Under the pieces are notes generated by a model. The model was not told the origin of the DNA, searched no databases, and was given only the letters and a program-made list of their open reading frames with translations. DNA of 64,000 bases from Acidobacteriota bacterium (GTDB taxonomy: Bacteria; Acidobacteriota; Terriglobia; Bryobacterales; Bryobacteraceae). A program made the position numbers and the translations under genes. The stretch is taken from the NCBI GenBank assembly GCA_016185425.1, contig JACPNQ010000035.1:1-64000 (forward strand). The letters run 5' to 3'. Of the stretch, positions 20,373-29,609 are shown one piece after another. The stretch's first letter is position 1. Each line of letters opens with the position of its first letter.

Positions 20373-22106
20373 ATGCTGAAGAAGCTCTTGACTGTGGCGT
20401 TGGTGCTCGGGGGCATGATGTATGCGCTCCATACACAGGCATACCGCTACCGTATATTCGTTCCGGAGTTCAAGCGCCCGCCGAAGCCGATACTGCTGGA
20501 ACAGAACTGGACGGCGGAGCAGCGTGCGGCGTTCCACCACACCGCGCAGGGCACTCGGCTGGTACCGTGGGCGTGGTTCAAAGCGTTAGAACAGCCGTGC
20601 CTGAGTCTATCGGGATGCGATCCGCTTTCCAATCCGAATTATCTGCTCCGGTTTGGATTCATACCGTCGACGGAGAGTCCGGACGGGCTGCCGGTGGGGT
20701 TTGCGATACAGGAGAAGTTTCATGATCCCATCTCGAACTCGACCTATCCGGTGGTTGGGTTCACCTGCGCGGCTTGCCACACGGGTGAGTTGTTTTATGG
20801 CGACTATGCGATTCGGATTGAGGGCGGGCCGGGCCTCTCGGATCTCGGCACCTTTCAGAAGGCGCTGGGTCTGTCGCTGGCGTTCACCGATTTTTTTCCC
20901 GGACGCTATGGGCGGTTTGAGAAACGGGTGCTCGGCGAGAACGCGACGGCGGAGGTGAAGGCGGTCCTGAAAAAGGATTTTGATGCATTTCTGGCCGCGG
21001 CACTGAGAGAGAAAGACTACGTTCAGGAGCACAAGATTTACGACAACCCGGCGGGGTTCGGACGCACGGATGCGTTGACGCGTATCGGTAACCAGGTGTT
21101 CGCGGTGGACCTCGACATCTTCGACAACTTCGCCGCCTCAAACGCCGCGGTACGGTTCCCGCAGATCTGGGACGCGCCGTGGTTCAACTGGGTACAGTAC
21201 AACTCATCGATTGCCGATCCGCTGGTGCGAAACATCGGGGAGGCGCTGGGTGTGCGCGCGTTGTTTACACCGGAGAATCTCGACAACTCGGTGGACGTGG
21301 CCGCATTGAACGAGTTGGAAACATTGCTTGCAGGCGCAGGACCGTCCCAAGGGTTGCGGTCGCCGAGATGGCCCGAAGTATTTCCGCCGCTTGACGGGGA
21401 GAAGGTGAAGAAGGGCGAGGCGCTCTATCGGAAGCATTGCATCGGTTGCCATCTGCCGCCGCCGGCCGAGTTGGCTGCGGACCGGCAGTCGGCGGAGCCG
21501 AAGTATTGGGAGAAGACTTCGACGGGCGTGCTGTTTTTGCGGGTCACGGATGTGAACATACAGCGTATTGGGACCGATCCACGGGCTGCGCTCGACTTCC
21601 GCAACCGGACAGCGAACAGCGGTGCGTTGAAGAAGGGGCGGCTGACCGCGGCGGAAGGGTTGGATACGGTGACGCGGGCGATCGCCAACCGCTACTTCGA
21701 CCAGAACGGTTTTCCGGAGACGAAACGGCTGATGTGGTCCGGCTATCGCGCGCCGGGCGTGGCGGCGGTTCGCGACAAGCTGATCTACAAGGCGCGGCCG
21801 CTGAATGGGATCTGGGCGGCGGCGCCGTTTCTGCATAACGGATCCGTTCCGAGCCTCTACCTGATGCTGTCTCCGCCGGAGGAACGGCCCGCAAAGTTCT
21901 GGACGGGGACGAAGCAGTTCGACCCCGTGGCTGTGGGCTACAAGACGGACGAGATCGAGCATGGATTTCTCTATGACACCGCGGTGCCGGGGAACAGCAA
22001 CCGTGGACACGAATTCAACGACGGGCCGAAGGGGAACGGCGTTATCGGTCCGCGTCTGCAGCCGGATGAGCGATGGGCGTTGGTGGAGTTTCTGAAGTCC
22101 TTGTAA
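20373..22106 (+). CDS. Secreted di-heme c-type cytochrome (two CxxCH motifs), possibly DUF1111/peroxidase-like
   Basis: Signal peptide, CAACH at about residue 133 and CIGCH at about residue 357. Divergent from the PQQ dehydrogenase operon. Confidence 0.6.
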   Translation: MLKKLLTVALVLGGMMYALHTQAYRYRIFVPEFKRPPKPILLEQNWTAEQRAAFHHTAQGTRLVPWAWFKALEQPCLSLSGCDPLSNPNYLLRFGFIPSTESPDGLPVGFAIQEKFHDPISNSTYPVVGFTCAACHTGELFYGDYAIRIEGGPGLSDLGTFQKALGLSLAFTDFFPGRYGRFEKRVLGENATAEVKAVLKKDFDAFLAAALREKDYVQEHKIYDNPAGFGRTDALTRIGNQVFAVDLDIFDNFAASNAAVRFPQIWDAPWFNWVQYNSSIADPLVRNIGEALGVRALFTPENLDNSVDVAALNELETLLAGAGPSQGLRSPRWPEVFPPLDGEKVKKGEALYRKHCIGCHLPPPAELAADRQSAEPKYWEKTSTGVLFLRVTDVNIQRIGTDPRAALDFRNRTANSGALKKGRLTAAEGLDTVTRAIANRYFDQNGFPETKRLMWSGYRAPGVAAVRDKLIYKARPLNGIWAAAPFLHNGSVPSLYLMLSPPEERPAKFWTGTKQFDPVAVGYKTDEIEHGFLYDTAVPGNSNRGHEFNDGPKGNGVIGPRLQPDERWALVEFLKSL

Positions 22107-23025
22107 CGAGAAAGTCGACAACGCGCTCGAACGGGTCAAAGCCTCCGTACGCTTGCGCGATTGGCGCGCGCAGGTTGGAGTTGGCGTTGACGTCGTAGAA
22201 AATCAGCCGGCCGCCGGATGCCTCGAGATATTCAATGCCGCCGACGTCGAGCTTCCCTACCTCCACTAATTTGCGGCCGAGCGCAACCGCCTCAGCCGGC
22301 ACCTCTTTGTATGGATAGAACTCCACCGGCTTCGCCGCGGGCACGTCGCAGTGGCCGCTGCCGCCATCGGCGGGATTGCAGACTTCCGAAGGGCAGAGAT
22401 TGAACGCGCCGTGGGAGATGACCCGCATGGCGTAGAGGAGCTCACCGCCGAGAAACTCCATGCGGACAATACCGTTCGCGGGATCCACGGGGAAGTATTC
22501 CTGGAGGAGGAGCAGGTTGTCGGGCAGCCAGAGATCCGGATTGTCGCGGAGCAGGCGCCGGGCCTCGGCTGCGTTGTTGAGCAGGTACATCCGCGCTCCA
22601 CTGCCGCCCTGTTCGGGCTTGATCAGCGCGGGCCATTGATCTCCCCACTGCTCCAGAGCGGATTCGATATCGTTGAACGCCAGTGTGCGCGGGTGCGGGA
22701 TTCCGAGCTTGTGTTTTAACGCGGCTTGCGCGGACTTGCTGAGCTCCAGGGCAAATGCCGCCGATCCGTTCAGCACTCGCGCGCCGCCGAGCTCCAGCGT
22801 ACGCATGAACGAGAGCGCAAACGGAACCGCCCGTGTGTTGCCGCGGACGTAGGCGCTGGGGCTGGCCTGATTGAAGTAAAGAGGCGCGGCGGGGGCGGCG
22901 GCCGGATTGAACGCGGCACGCTTCAAATCGAACGGGGCGTGGTTCACACCGCGGCGGTCGAGCGCGGCGAAGAGCGGCTTCTGCCACTCGGGGTGTTCGT
23001 AGAGGACGACGAGGTCGAGGGCCAT
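22042..23025 (-). CDS. ATP-grasp domain protein (RimK/glutathione-synthetase-like ligase)
   Basis: ATP-grasp fold signature (LIKPEQGGSGARMYL...EYF...LGGELLYAMRV...GGIEYLE). AGGAAC RBS. Confidence 0.65.
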   Translation of the reverse strand: MALDLVVLYEHPEWQKPLFAALDRRGVNHAPFDLKRAAFNPAAAPAAPLYFNQASPSAYVRGNTRAVPFALSFMRTLELGGARVLNGSAAFALELSKSAQAALKHKLGIPHPRTLAFNDIESALEQWGDQWPALIKPEQGGSGARMYLLNNAAEARRLLRDNPDLWLPDNLLLLQEYFPVDPANGIVRMEFLGGELLYAMRVISHGAFNLCPSEVCNPADGGSGHCDVPAAKPVEFYPYKEVPAEAVALGRKLVEVGKLDVGGIEYLEASGGRLIFYDVNANSNLRAPIAQAYGGFDPFERVVDFLVTRTSETPPTPIAHPAADADR

Positions 23026-23030
23026 GGTTC

Positions 23031-23897
23031 CTACTTTAGGGCCAGCGGTCCGTAAAGTTCCGGCCGTCGGAAGCGGAAAAGGTATTCGGGTTCGGCGCGG
23101 GCGGCGCGGAGGCCGGCGGCACGCAACTCCCGGAGGAGCAGCGGACCGGCACTTTCGGCCAGCACTTCACCGCGCGGTCCAGTGATTAGCGATCCGCCGG
23201 GAAAGGTCTGCTCGACTCCGGCGGCGGCGACGTGCCCGGCATAGTTGGCTGCGATGCCGAAGATGCCGTTCTCCTGGCAGCGGGCACGGAGGGCGGGTCC
23301 GGCCCAGGCGGCCCATCCGGCGGGCGTCACGGGAGGCGGATCGGCCGCAAACGGGAAGAGGACGATCTCGACATTCTGCACGGCAAGCAGGCGCGTCGAC
23401 TCCGGCAGCAGCGCGTCGAAACAGATGTTCGCGCCGATGCGGCCCAGAGGGGTGTCGACTACAACAGGCCCCGGCCCGCCGTTGTAGAACGGCATCTCGA
23501 ACATGGGAATGTGCATCTTGCGCCAGGTTCCGTCGAGTCCGTCCGGACCGGCCAGGATTTGCGTATTGTAGAGCAGGTTTCCTGCATCCTCCAGCATTCC
23601 GGCCGAGATGAAAATACCTGCTTGCCTGGCGATTTTGGTTACTGCGCCGACCGCGGGGCCGTCAATCCGTTCCGCGGCGCTACGAGCGAGTTGCAGCGCT
23701 TCGCGCAGCCAGACGCTGTGGTTCGAGAGCGGATGATTCGGAATAAAACCGGTGAGCGAGAGTTCCGGGAAGAGAATCAACTGTGCGCCTTCGGCGGCGG
23801 CGCGGGCGGCGTAATCGCTAATCAGCGAGAGGTTTTGAGTTGTGGCGCCGGGCTGGCTGGCAATGTTGGCAGCGGCGACGATGACGTGATCGAGCAA
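23031..23897 (-). CDS. Carbon-nitrogen hydrolase (nitrilase superfamily)
   Basis: E-K-C triad context (LILFPELSLTGF...RKMH...ANICFDALLPE). Preferred start is TTG at 23897, 8 nt after a GGAGA RBS. The ATG at 23978 would add about 27 atypical residues. Confidence 0.8.
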   Translation of the reverse strand: MLDHVIVAAANIASQPGATTQNLSLISDYAARAAAEGAQLILFPELSLTGFIPNHPLSNHSVWLREALQLARSAAERIDGPAVGAVTKIARQAGIFISAGMLEDAGNLLYNTQILAGPDGLDGTWRKMHIPMFEMPFYNGGPGPVVVDTPLGRIGANICFDALLPESTRLLAVQNVEIVLFPFAADPPPVTPAGWAAWAGPALRARCQENGIFGIAANYAGHVAAAGVEQTFPGGSLITGPRGEVLAESAGPLLLRELRAAGLRAARAEPEYLFRFRRPELYGPLALK

Positions 23898-23964
23898 ATT
23901 GCAAAGTCTCCGCGAGCCAGGATAGCACTGACATCTTTTCGCCTCCGTTTGCGCGGTAAGAGGT

Positions 23965-24225
23965 ATGTGGTTGCACATTGCCGCGGGCGCGGATGCTGTT
24001 GCGGTCCTGTTGGGACTCTACTTCGTAATCGACGGCGCAGTGAGCCGTTATCCGGCCGATCTGCCGCTCGCGCTCGCCACGCTGCTCCTGGGTGCGCTGG
24101 TTGGCTTCTGCTATTACCTGAATTCCCGGGGTAAGAAGTGGATGGGCGCAACACTTGCCTGGCTGCCGGCGACGGTCATCATCAGCTACGGCATGATGGC
24201 CGGTAGCTGGGTGCTCTTCTACTAG
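23965..24225 (+). CDS. Small two/three-TM membrane protein (hypothetical)
   Basis: 86-aa hydrophobic ORF. Weak support. Confidence 0.3.
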   Translation: MWLHIAAGADAVAVLLGLYFVIDGAVSRYPADLPLALATLLLGALVGFCYYLNSRGKKWMGATLAWLPATVIISYGMMAGSWVLFY

Positions 24226-24237
24226 GGCCTCGGCGAA

Positions 24238-24846
24238 TTACGGCTGGTTTGGCTGCCATAGTGTTTCCGGCCGGTCCAGCAATCTGCTGGCAAGACGGCT
24301 CCAGACGAAGAGAGCGTCACTCAGCCGATTGAGATAGTGCACTGCCTCCGGGGGGACCGTCTCCTGCGCGGCGAGGGTGACCACTCTGCGCTCCGCCCGC
24401 CGGCAGATGGTGCGGCAGAGGTGGAGTTCCGCATTTAGCCGGCACCCGCCGGGCAGGATAAAGCTTCGCAACGGCTGCAGCGTATTGTTCGCTTCATCGA
24501 TTTCCGACTCCAGCCGTGCCACGTCCGATGCGGTGATTACCGGCTGCCCGGGCCGGATATCGGCGGATTCTGTCGCCAGCAGCGACCCCAAATTGAAAAG
24601 TTCATGTTGCACCCGCATCAACCGGATCGCCAACAGGCGGACCGGCGGCGCGCCATCCGGTATAGACGTGATGGCGAGCCCGATTGCGGCGTTCAACTCA
24701 TCCACCGTTCCATATGCCTCAATCCGTAGCGCATCTTTCGATACGCGCTGCCCGCCAACGAGCGATGTCTTCCCTTCATCGCCGGTGCGCGTGTAGATCT
24801 TCGAGAGCCGAACGTGCGGGTCGTGAAAAGGCTGGCCGGAATCCAT
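24238..24846 (-). CDS. pduO: PduO-type ATP:cob(I)alamin adenosyltransferase
   Basis: YTRTGDEGKTSL...DELNAAIGLA...HLNRLSDALF. An internal GTG (codon 12) could be the true start. Confidence 0.85.
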   Translation of the reverse strand: MDSGQPFHDPHVRLSKIYTRTGDEGKTSLVGGQRVSKDALRIEAYGTVDELNAAIGLAITSIPDGAPPVRLLAIRLMRVQHELFNLGSLLATESADIRPGQPVITASDVARLESEIDEANNTLQPLRSFILPGGCRLNAELHLCRTICRRAERRVVTLAAQETVPPEAVHYLNRLSDALFVWSRLASRLLDRPETLWQPNQP

Positions 24847-24865
24847 ATGTCCCTAATATAGAGAA

Positions 24866-26173
24866 ATGCCCGCTCACGCCCTGGTGCTGGTGTTGATTGC
24901 GGCGTGTATTCATGCCACCTGGAACTTTCAGGCCAAGCGCGTGCGCGGCGGTATGGAAGTGGTGTGGATGTACTCGTGCGCCGCCACACTGGCATACGCA
25001 CCGTGGGCGATTCACGAGTACGCCGGAACGTGGGCGCGATTGGGTTGGCGGGAGGCCGGAGCGATCGCCGGGAGTTGTTTCTTGCAGCTCGTGTATTTTA
25101 TCTGCCTGCAACGGGCCTATCGTCATGGCGACCTGTCGCTCGTTTACCCGATCGCGAGAGGATCGGGGCCGCTGGTTGCCGCCTTGGGCGCCTTGGCGCT
25201 TTACGGCGAATCTCCGTCGGCATTGGCCTGGGTGGGTATCGCGATGATCAGTGGCGGCGTTCTGTTCTTTCTCCGCAACGGGCACGGCGCCGGATGGGGT
25301 CTTGCGACAGGTTTGGTAATTGGAATCTATAGTCTATGGGACAAGTACGCGGTCAGCGGTTTGCGGCTTCCGCCGGTGCTGATGGAGTGGAGCACGGACT
25401 TGTCCCGCGCCGTTGTTCTTGCCCCTCTGGCGTTGCGCCGCAAGAGCGAAACGCAGCGCGTCTGGCGTGAGGATTGGAAGCGTATCTGGCTAATCGGCGC
25501 ACTGAACCCGTTGAGCTATATCCTGGTTTTGACGGCCCTCACTGTGGCGCCCTTGCACCGTGTGGCGCCGATGCGGGAGATCAGCATTGTGCTAGGCGCC
25601 ATACTCGGGTCGAAGTTCCTCGGCGAGCGGCAGGGCCGGCGCCGAATCATCGGCGCGGCGATCATGTTGCTGGGCGTGCTGTGCTTAACCGGCTGCTCGG
25701 TGGAGCGTCCCGTCTACACGCCGGTTTACGACCGCCTGCTCGATCTGCGAGTAGCGAGTCCGTTGCCCGAACCCGAGCTCACAACGGGCGACACGAGCGA
25801 TGAGGCTGAGATCCAGTATCGCGCGGCCTTCGTCTTCTACCGCCAGAAGCGCTGGGACTACGCCGCCGCGGCGTTTTCCGAGACCGTGGATTACGACGAC
25901 ACCCGCTACGATGCCCGTCTGTACTGGGCGGCGTGCCTGGTCCTGGCGGGTCGAGATGCCGAGGCGGTCGATCTGCTCGATGAACTGCTCGAAACACCAT
26001 ACGCTCCCTCGGCACGGGCACTCTACGCCCGTGTCCTGTTCCGTCAAAACAAGTGGCGCGAGGCCCGCGAAATGGCGGAGCCGGCGGCGAAAGAGAATTT
26101 CGACGCCGCCGGCTGGGTGGTCCGCTACGACCTCCTTATTGGGTCACCACAGGCTTCCCCTTCAAAGAATTGA
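24866..26173 (+). CDS. EamA/DMT-family transporter fused to a C-terminal ~150-aa TPR-like soluble domain
   Basis: 10-TM EamA pattern to about residue 275, then a helical TPR-like tail. An in-frame Met267 starts a lipoprotein-like MLLGVLCLTGC. Confidence 0.7.
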   Translation: MPAHALVLVLIAACIHATWNFQAKRVRGGMEVVWMYSCAATLAYAPWAIHEYAGTWARLGWREAGAIAGSCFLQLVYFICLQRAYRHGDLSLVYPIARGSGPLVAALGALALYGESPSALAWVGIAMISGGVLFFLRNGHGAGWGLATGLVIGIYSLWDKYAVSGLRLPPVLMEWSTDLSRAVVLAPLALRRKSETQRVWREDWKRIWLIGALNPLSYILVLTALTVAPLHRVAPMREISIVLGAILGSKFLGERQGRRRIIGAAIMLLGVLCLTGCSVERPVYTPVYDRLLDLRVASPLPEPELTTGDTSDEAEIQYRAAFVFYRQKRWDYAAAAFSETVDYDDTRYDARLYWAACLVLAGRDAEAVDLLDELLETPYAPSARALYARVLFRQNKWREAREMAEPAAKENFDAAGWVVRYDLLIGSPQASPSKN

Positions 26174-28049
26174 GCAACGTCGCGGCCAGCGCCTCAATCG
26201 TGCCGCCGCCGCCCGTCACCAGAATATTCGGCACAATCGGCGTTCCCGATTTCGACAGCGACTCCACCACGTTTACGAGCAGCGTCGCATTCTCTCCCAG
26301 CGCCTTCACCTGCTTGTCAAACGCCTCCGCCTTTGCCAGGCCGACGGCCCGTACCTCGGCGCCCTTTGCCGTACCCGTCTGCTCGATGTAGTAGGATTCG
26401 CCGTCCGCTTCCGCCTTACGGGCATTCGCGTTGTTGGTCCGAATAGTCACGCCGACCTTCGACTTTGCCAGATCCGCCTGCATATCGGCCGTACCGCGAG
26501 CCTGTTCGGTCTCGATACGCTGCAACTGCGCCTGCTTCTGCTGCTCAAAGGTGGCGATCTCCTGCTTGGCGATCTCGCGCTGTGTCAGCACGCCGACGAG
26601 GTCCTGCGGCAGAATCACATCCTGAATGTACACACCGCGCGTCTCCACGAAGTAAGCCTCCAACTGCTCCCGGATCCGCTCATAGGCGGAGCGCTGCACC
26701 TGCTGCCGCGTCTCGATAAACCGCACCGCGGGCATCGATTGCAACGTATCCCGGAAGTGGTTGCCCACTGCCGCCTGCAACACTTCGTCGATCAGGTTGT
26801 TAATCGTCCCAACCGTCGAGATCACTCGGGGCGCCCGTGCGTCGGGAATGTGGATCTGGACCTGCAAATCCATGCGGAAGACGAAGCCCTCGTTGCTCTT
26901 CGCAATAATCGATTCAAGCTTTGCGTCCAGCTTGTGCGCCGCGCTGACGCGCTCGGCCCAGTTCAGCGTGAGAATTGCGGTCGGCACGAGCTCCGCCTTG
27001 TAACAGTACGGGTTGATCGGGTATTTGCCCGTGCGCAGTGGTTCCTGCCAGATTCCGCGGTGGCCCGGACGCACCAGCGTGCCGAATTTGAAATCGGTGC
27101 CCGACGTATCGGCCGTCGGTAAACCGACGTAGGACTTAACCACCGCCACCTGGCCCTGCTCCACAACGAGCATCGGCACGCGCTCCACGCGCACCAGGAA
27201 AGGATTCAGGTTGTAGGCGCCGTAAAGCAACGGGTCGTGCTGCAATCCGATACGGCCGTTCTGATCGAGGAAGGACTGAAAATCCTGGTAACAGTTGTGC
27301 AGATCGTTCTTGCTGCCGAGCAGGCGCTCAATAATCTCCGCGTCGGGCGCGGCCGATTGCTCCAGCCCGGCGACATCGACATAACCGCCGATACGCGACG
27401 CGATGTCACCGGAGGCGAGAGGGTCGCCTTCGAATACGGTGACAATGCCGATCATGTCTAACTGCGAGGATGGGTCGCGCTGAATGCGCACGACTTCGAG
27501 ATCCGACGGATGCAGGCCGAAACTTGCCGGCGACAACGGACCTTCTTTTTGGATTTGTTCAGAGACAGGGATCCCGTACACGCGGTCCCGGGTGATGACA
27601 AGGAACGCCACAGGGTGCATCGGAAGCGTTGTGCCCGGAGCAAGCACTGGACGCTGTACACCTTTTTGCCCGCCGCCTCGGACGAATGCGGAGAGGTCGG
27701 TGAACTGCTCGAATTCCTCCTTATATAGGGCCGATTTCGCGCCGTTCGGCAGAGGGTCGCCGATCTGGGAGATGACGACGCCAATTTGTCCCGCGGGAAT
27801 CTGCACCCACGGGTATTTGGCAACGCCGTACAGTATCCAGAGTCTGAAACGGTAACCAGGCATGAGCAGCTCGGCCTGGTAACCGGCTTCGCCACCGAAC
27901 GCGATAGGGTTATCGTCGGTCAATCGCCGCTTGGAAAAGCGGCGCATTACCAGGCCCACTTCAGTAGGCCCGATGCGATGCAAGGAGGGTAAAATCAAAA
28001 TCCCCGCAACAATCAAAACACCAAGTACAACTAGGGTTAGGGTTAACAT
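26136..28049 (-). CDS. Flotillin-like SPFH/band-7 family protein (YqiK/FloA-like)
   Basis: N-terminal TM, SPFH domain, and a C-terminal coiled-coil flotillin tail. Confidence 0.75.
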   Translation of the reverse strand: MLTLTLVVLGVLIVAGILILPSLHRIGPTEVGLVMRRFSKRRLTDDNPIAFGGEAGYQAELLMPGYRFRLWILYGVAKYPWVQIPAGQIGVVISQIGDPLPNGAKSALYKEEFEQFTDLSAFVRGGGQKGVQRPVLAPGTTLPMHPVAFLVITRDRVYGIPVSEQIQKEGPLSPASFGLHPSDLEVVRIQRDPSSQLDMIGIVTVFEGDPLASGDIASRIGGYVDVAGLEQSAAPDAEIIERLLGSKNDLHNCYQDFQSFLDQNGRIGLQHDPLLYGAYNLNPFLVRVERVPMLVVEQGQVAVVKSYVGLPTADTSGTDFKFGTLVRPGHRGIWQEPLRTGKYPINPYCYKAELVPTAILTLNWAERVSAAHKLDAKLESIIAKSNEGFVFRMDLQVQIHIPDARAPRVISTVGTINNLIDEVLQAAVGNHFRDTLQSMPAVRFIETRQQVQRSAYERIREQLEAYFVETRGVYIQDVILPQDLVGVLTQREIAKQEIATFEQQKQAQLQRIETEQARGTADMQADLAKSKVGVTIRTNNANARKAEADGESYYIEQTGTAKGAEVRAVGLAKAEAFDKQVKALGENATLLVNVVESLSKSGTPIVPNILVTGGGGTIEALAATLLNSLKGKPVVTQ

Positions 28050-28173
28050 AGCGGCCTCCGCGGATCGGAGATCCCGACCGGAAGCAAACCGTCATACGAA
28101 GATACTGGTGCAACATTCGCCTTGTTCCATATTTTGGGCAAATACGGAATCGGCCATACTGAAAGTTGGACTT

Positions 28174-28653
28174 ATGAAGCCGACTAGACGGGTGTGGGGT
28201 AAGATTTTCACGTATTTAGGCCTGTTTTTGACGGGGATCGGAACGATCGGCATCTTGGGGCCGCACATTGAATTGCAGCGCTCCGGCCGTGTGATGGCGC
28301 AAGTTGTCTCTAACGAGATCGCCTACCGGCACGAAGGGGCCTACGGGTTCCGGCTGCAGTTGAAGTGGGATAAACCGGAGGGTGAGCAGAGGACCACGCT
28401 CACTACTCTCGTCCGCGCCGGCTCCGAGGAAGCCGCCCGCAAAGCATACAAAGGAAAGCATTTGGTCGGCGGGCAGACCTACGAGTTCTACACCGACGCC
28501 GACAACCCCGACCGCATCCAGCCGTTCAAGGGCTATAACTGGGCGACCTTCGGAACGTTCGTTCTTCTCGCCGTGGCCGGTATTATCGTCTTCTTCACTG
28601 GCATGTCGATTATCCGATCCGCAAAAAAACCCGATCAAGCATCGTCCGCATAA
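28174..28653 (+). CDS. DUF3592-family membrane protein
   Basis: ATG at 28174. TM, then a beta domain ending YEFYTDADNPDRI, then a C-terminal TM. Paralogous in architecture to 2226..2606. Confidence 0.55.
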   Translation: MKPTRRVWGKIFTYLGLFLTGIGTIGILGPHIELQRSGRVMAQVVSNEIAYRHEGAYGFRLQLKWDKPEGEQRTTLTTLVRAGSEEAARKAYKGKHLVGGQTYEFYTDADNPDRIQPFKGYNWATFGTFVLLAVAGIIVFFTGMSIIRSAKKPDQASSA

Positions 28654-29051
28654 GCCAGATAGTTCTGGCAGTGCAGGCAGCGGAAGATGTAGGCAGTCGG
28701 CTCGTCTTTTACCCACCGCTTTAATGCCGGGATGGCCGCCGCGAACTCATTTTTCAGCTCGCTGGCCCCCGCCCGGCCGAGATACGCCGCGGCGTCCTTG
28801 CAACAAACCATCCACTGTTCCTGCTGCCAAGCCTCAAACCCTGGCGTTTTAGTCTCCAGTTCCTCGCGAATCTCGGTCGAAATTCCATCGACCGTCCCCG
28901 TATCGGCAAAGCGCGCCGGGAATCGCTTCGCCGCCGACCCATCCGCCACGCACCACGGGCAGATACAGCCGGAGAGATAGTGGAACTTCTCTGAATACGC
29001 CGGACCGGTGTAGACGTAGCCCCGAATGCGGTTGCAACAGAGACACGGCAT
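28635..29051 (-). CDS. cbrC: CbrC/UPF0167-family Cys-rich protein
   Basis: CxxC...GYVYTGPAY...CPWCVADG...FRCLHCQ, recalled as the CbrC-family pattern. Confidence 0.55.
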   Translation of the reverse strand: MPCLCCNRIRGYVYTGPAYSEKFHYLSGCICPWCVADGSAAKRFPARFADTGTVDGISTEIREELETKTPGFEAWQQEQWMVCCKDAAAYLGRAGASELKNEFAAAIPALKRWVKDEPTAYIFRCLHCQNYLAYADDA

Positions 29052-29155
29052 GCCGGGATCGGCTCTTACGGAACCGGTAGCGAGGGGGGGCGCGATGGTA
29101 TTTGGTGACAGGCGGTTCCATCCCTTCTAGGGGCGCAAACCGCGCGGCGAAAACA

Positions 29156-29587
29156 TCACCGGCCGGACGAGCCGAATCCCCCGGCGCCGCGCGCTGTGTC
29201 GGAAAGCTCGCCTTCCACCACTTCCACCGCCTCATACTTTGCAATCACCATCTGTGCGATCCGGTCGCCCTTCGCAATCTGATACGGCTGCCGGCCGAGA
29301 TTGATGAGTATCACCTTCAGTTCTCCGCGATAGCCCGGGTCGATCGTCCCAGGACTGTTCGGCACACTGATCGCGTGCTTTAGCGCCAGACCGGACCGTG
29401 GCCGAATCTGCGCCTCATATCCCGACGGCAGCTCAATCGATAATCCGGTTGGCACGGCTTGCGGGATATTCGGTTCGAGCAGCGCGTCGGCAACGGCACA
29501 GAGGTCCATGCCGGCATCCTCCTCCGGCCCATGGGCGTAGTGGGGCATGATTGCGTCTGCGTGTAGTTTTCGAATGCGGAGTTTCAT
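29156..29587 (-). CDS. dut: dUTP diphosphatase
   Basis: ATG at 29587 gives [12 protein letters not shown]. dUTPase motifs ([24 protein letters not shown]). Confidence 0.9.
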   Translation of the reverse strand: MKLRIRKLHADAIMPHYAHGPEEDAGMDLCAVADALLEPNIPQAVPTGLSIELPSGYEAQIRPRSGLALKHAISVPNSPGTIDPGYRGELKVILINLGRQPYQIAKGDRIAQMVIAKYEAVEVVEGELSDTARGAGGFGSSGR

Positions 29588-29609
29588 GTGGGACGATGGA
29601 TATTCCAGT

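Noticed and set aside
23898-23978. ATG at 23978 as the start of the CN-hydrolase gene
   Set aside because: It would prepend about 27 Cys/Arg-rich residues not seen in the family. TTG at 23897 with a GGAGA RBS at the correct spacing fits the family N-terminus (LDHVIVAAAN).
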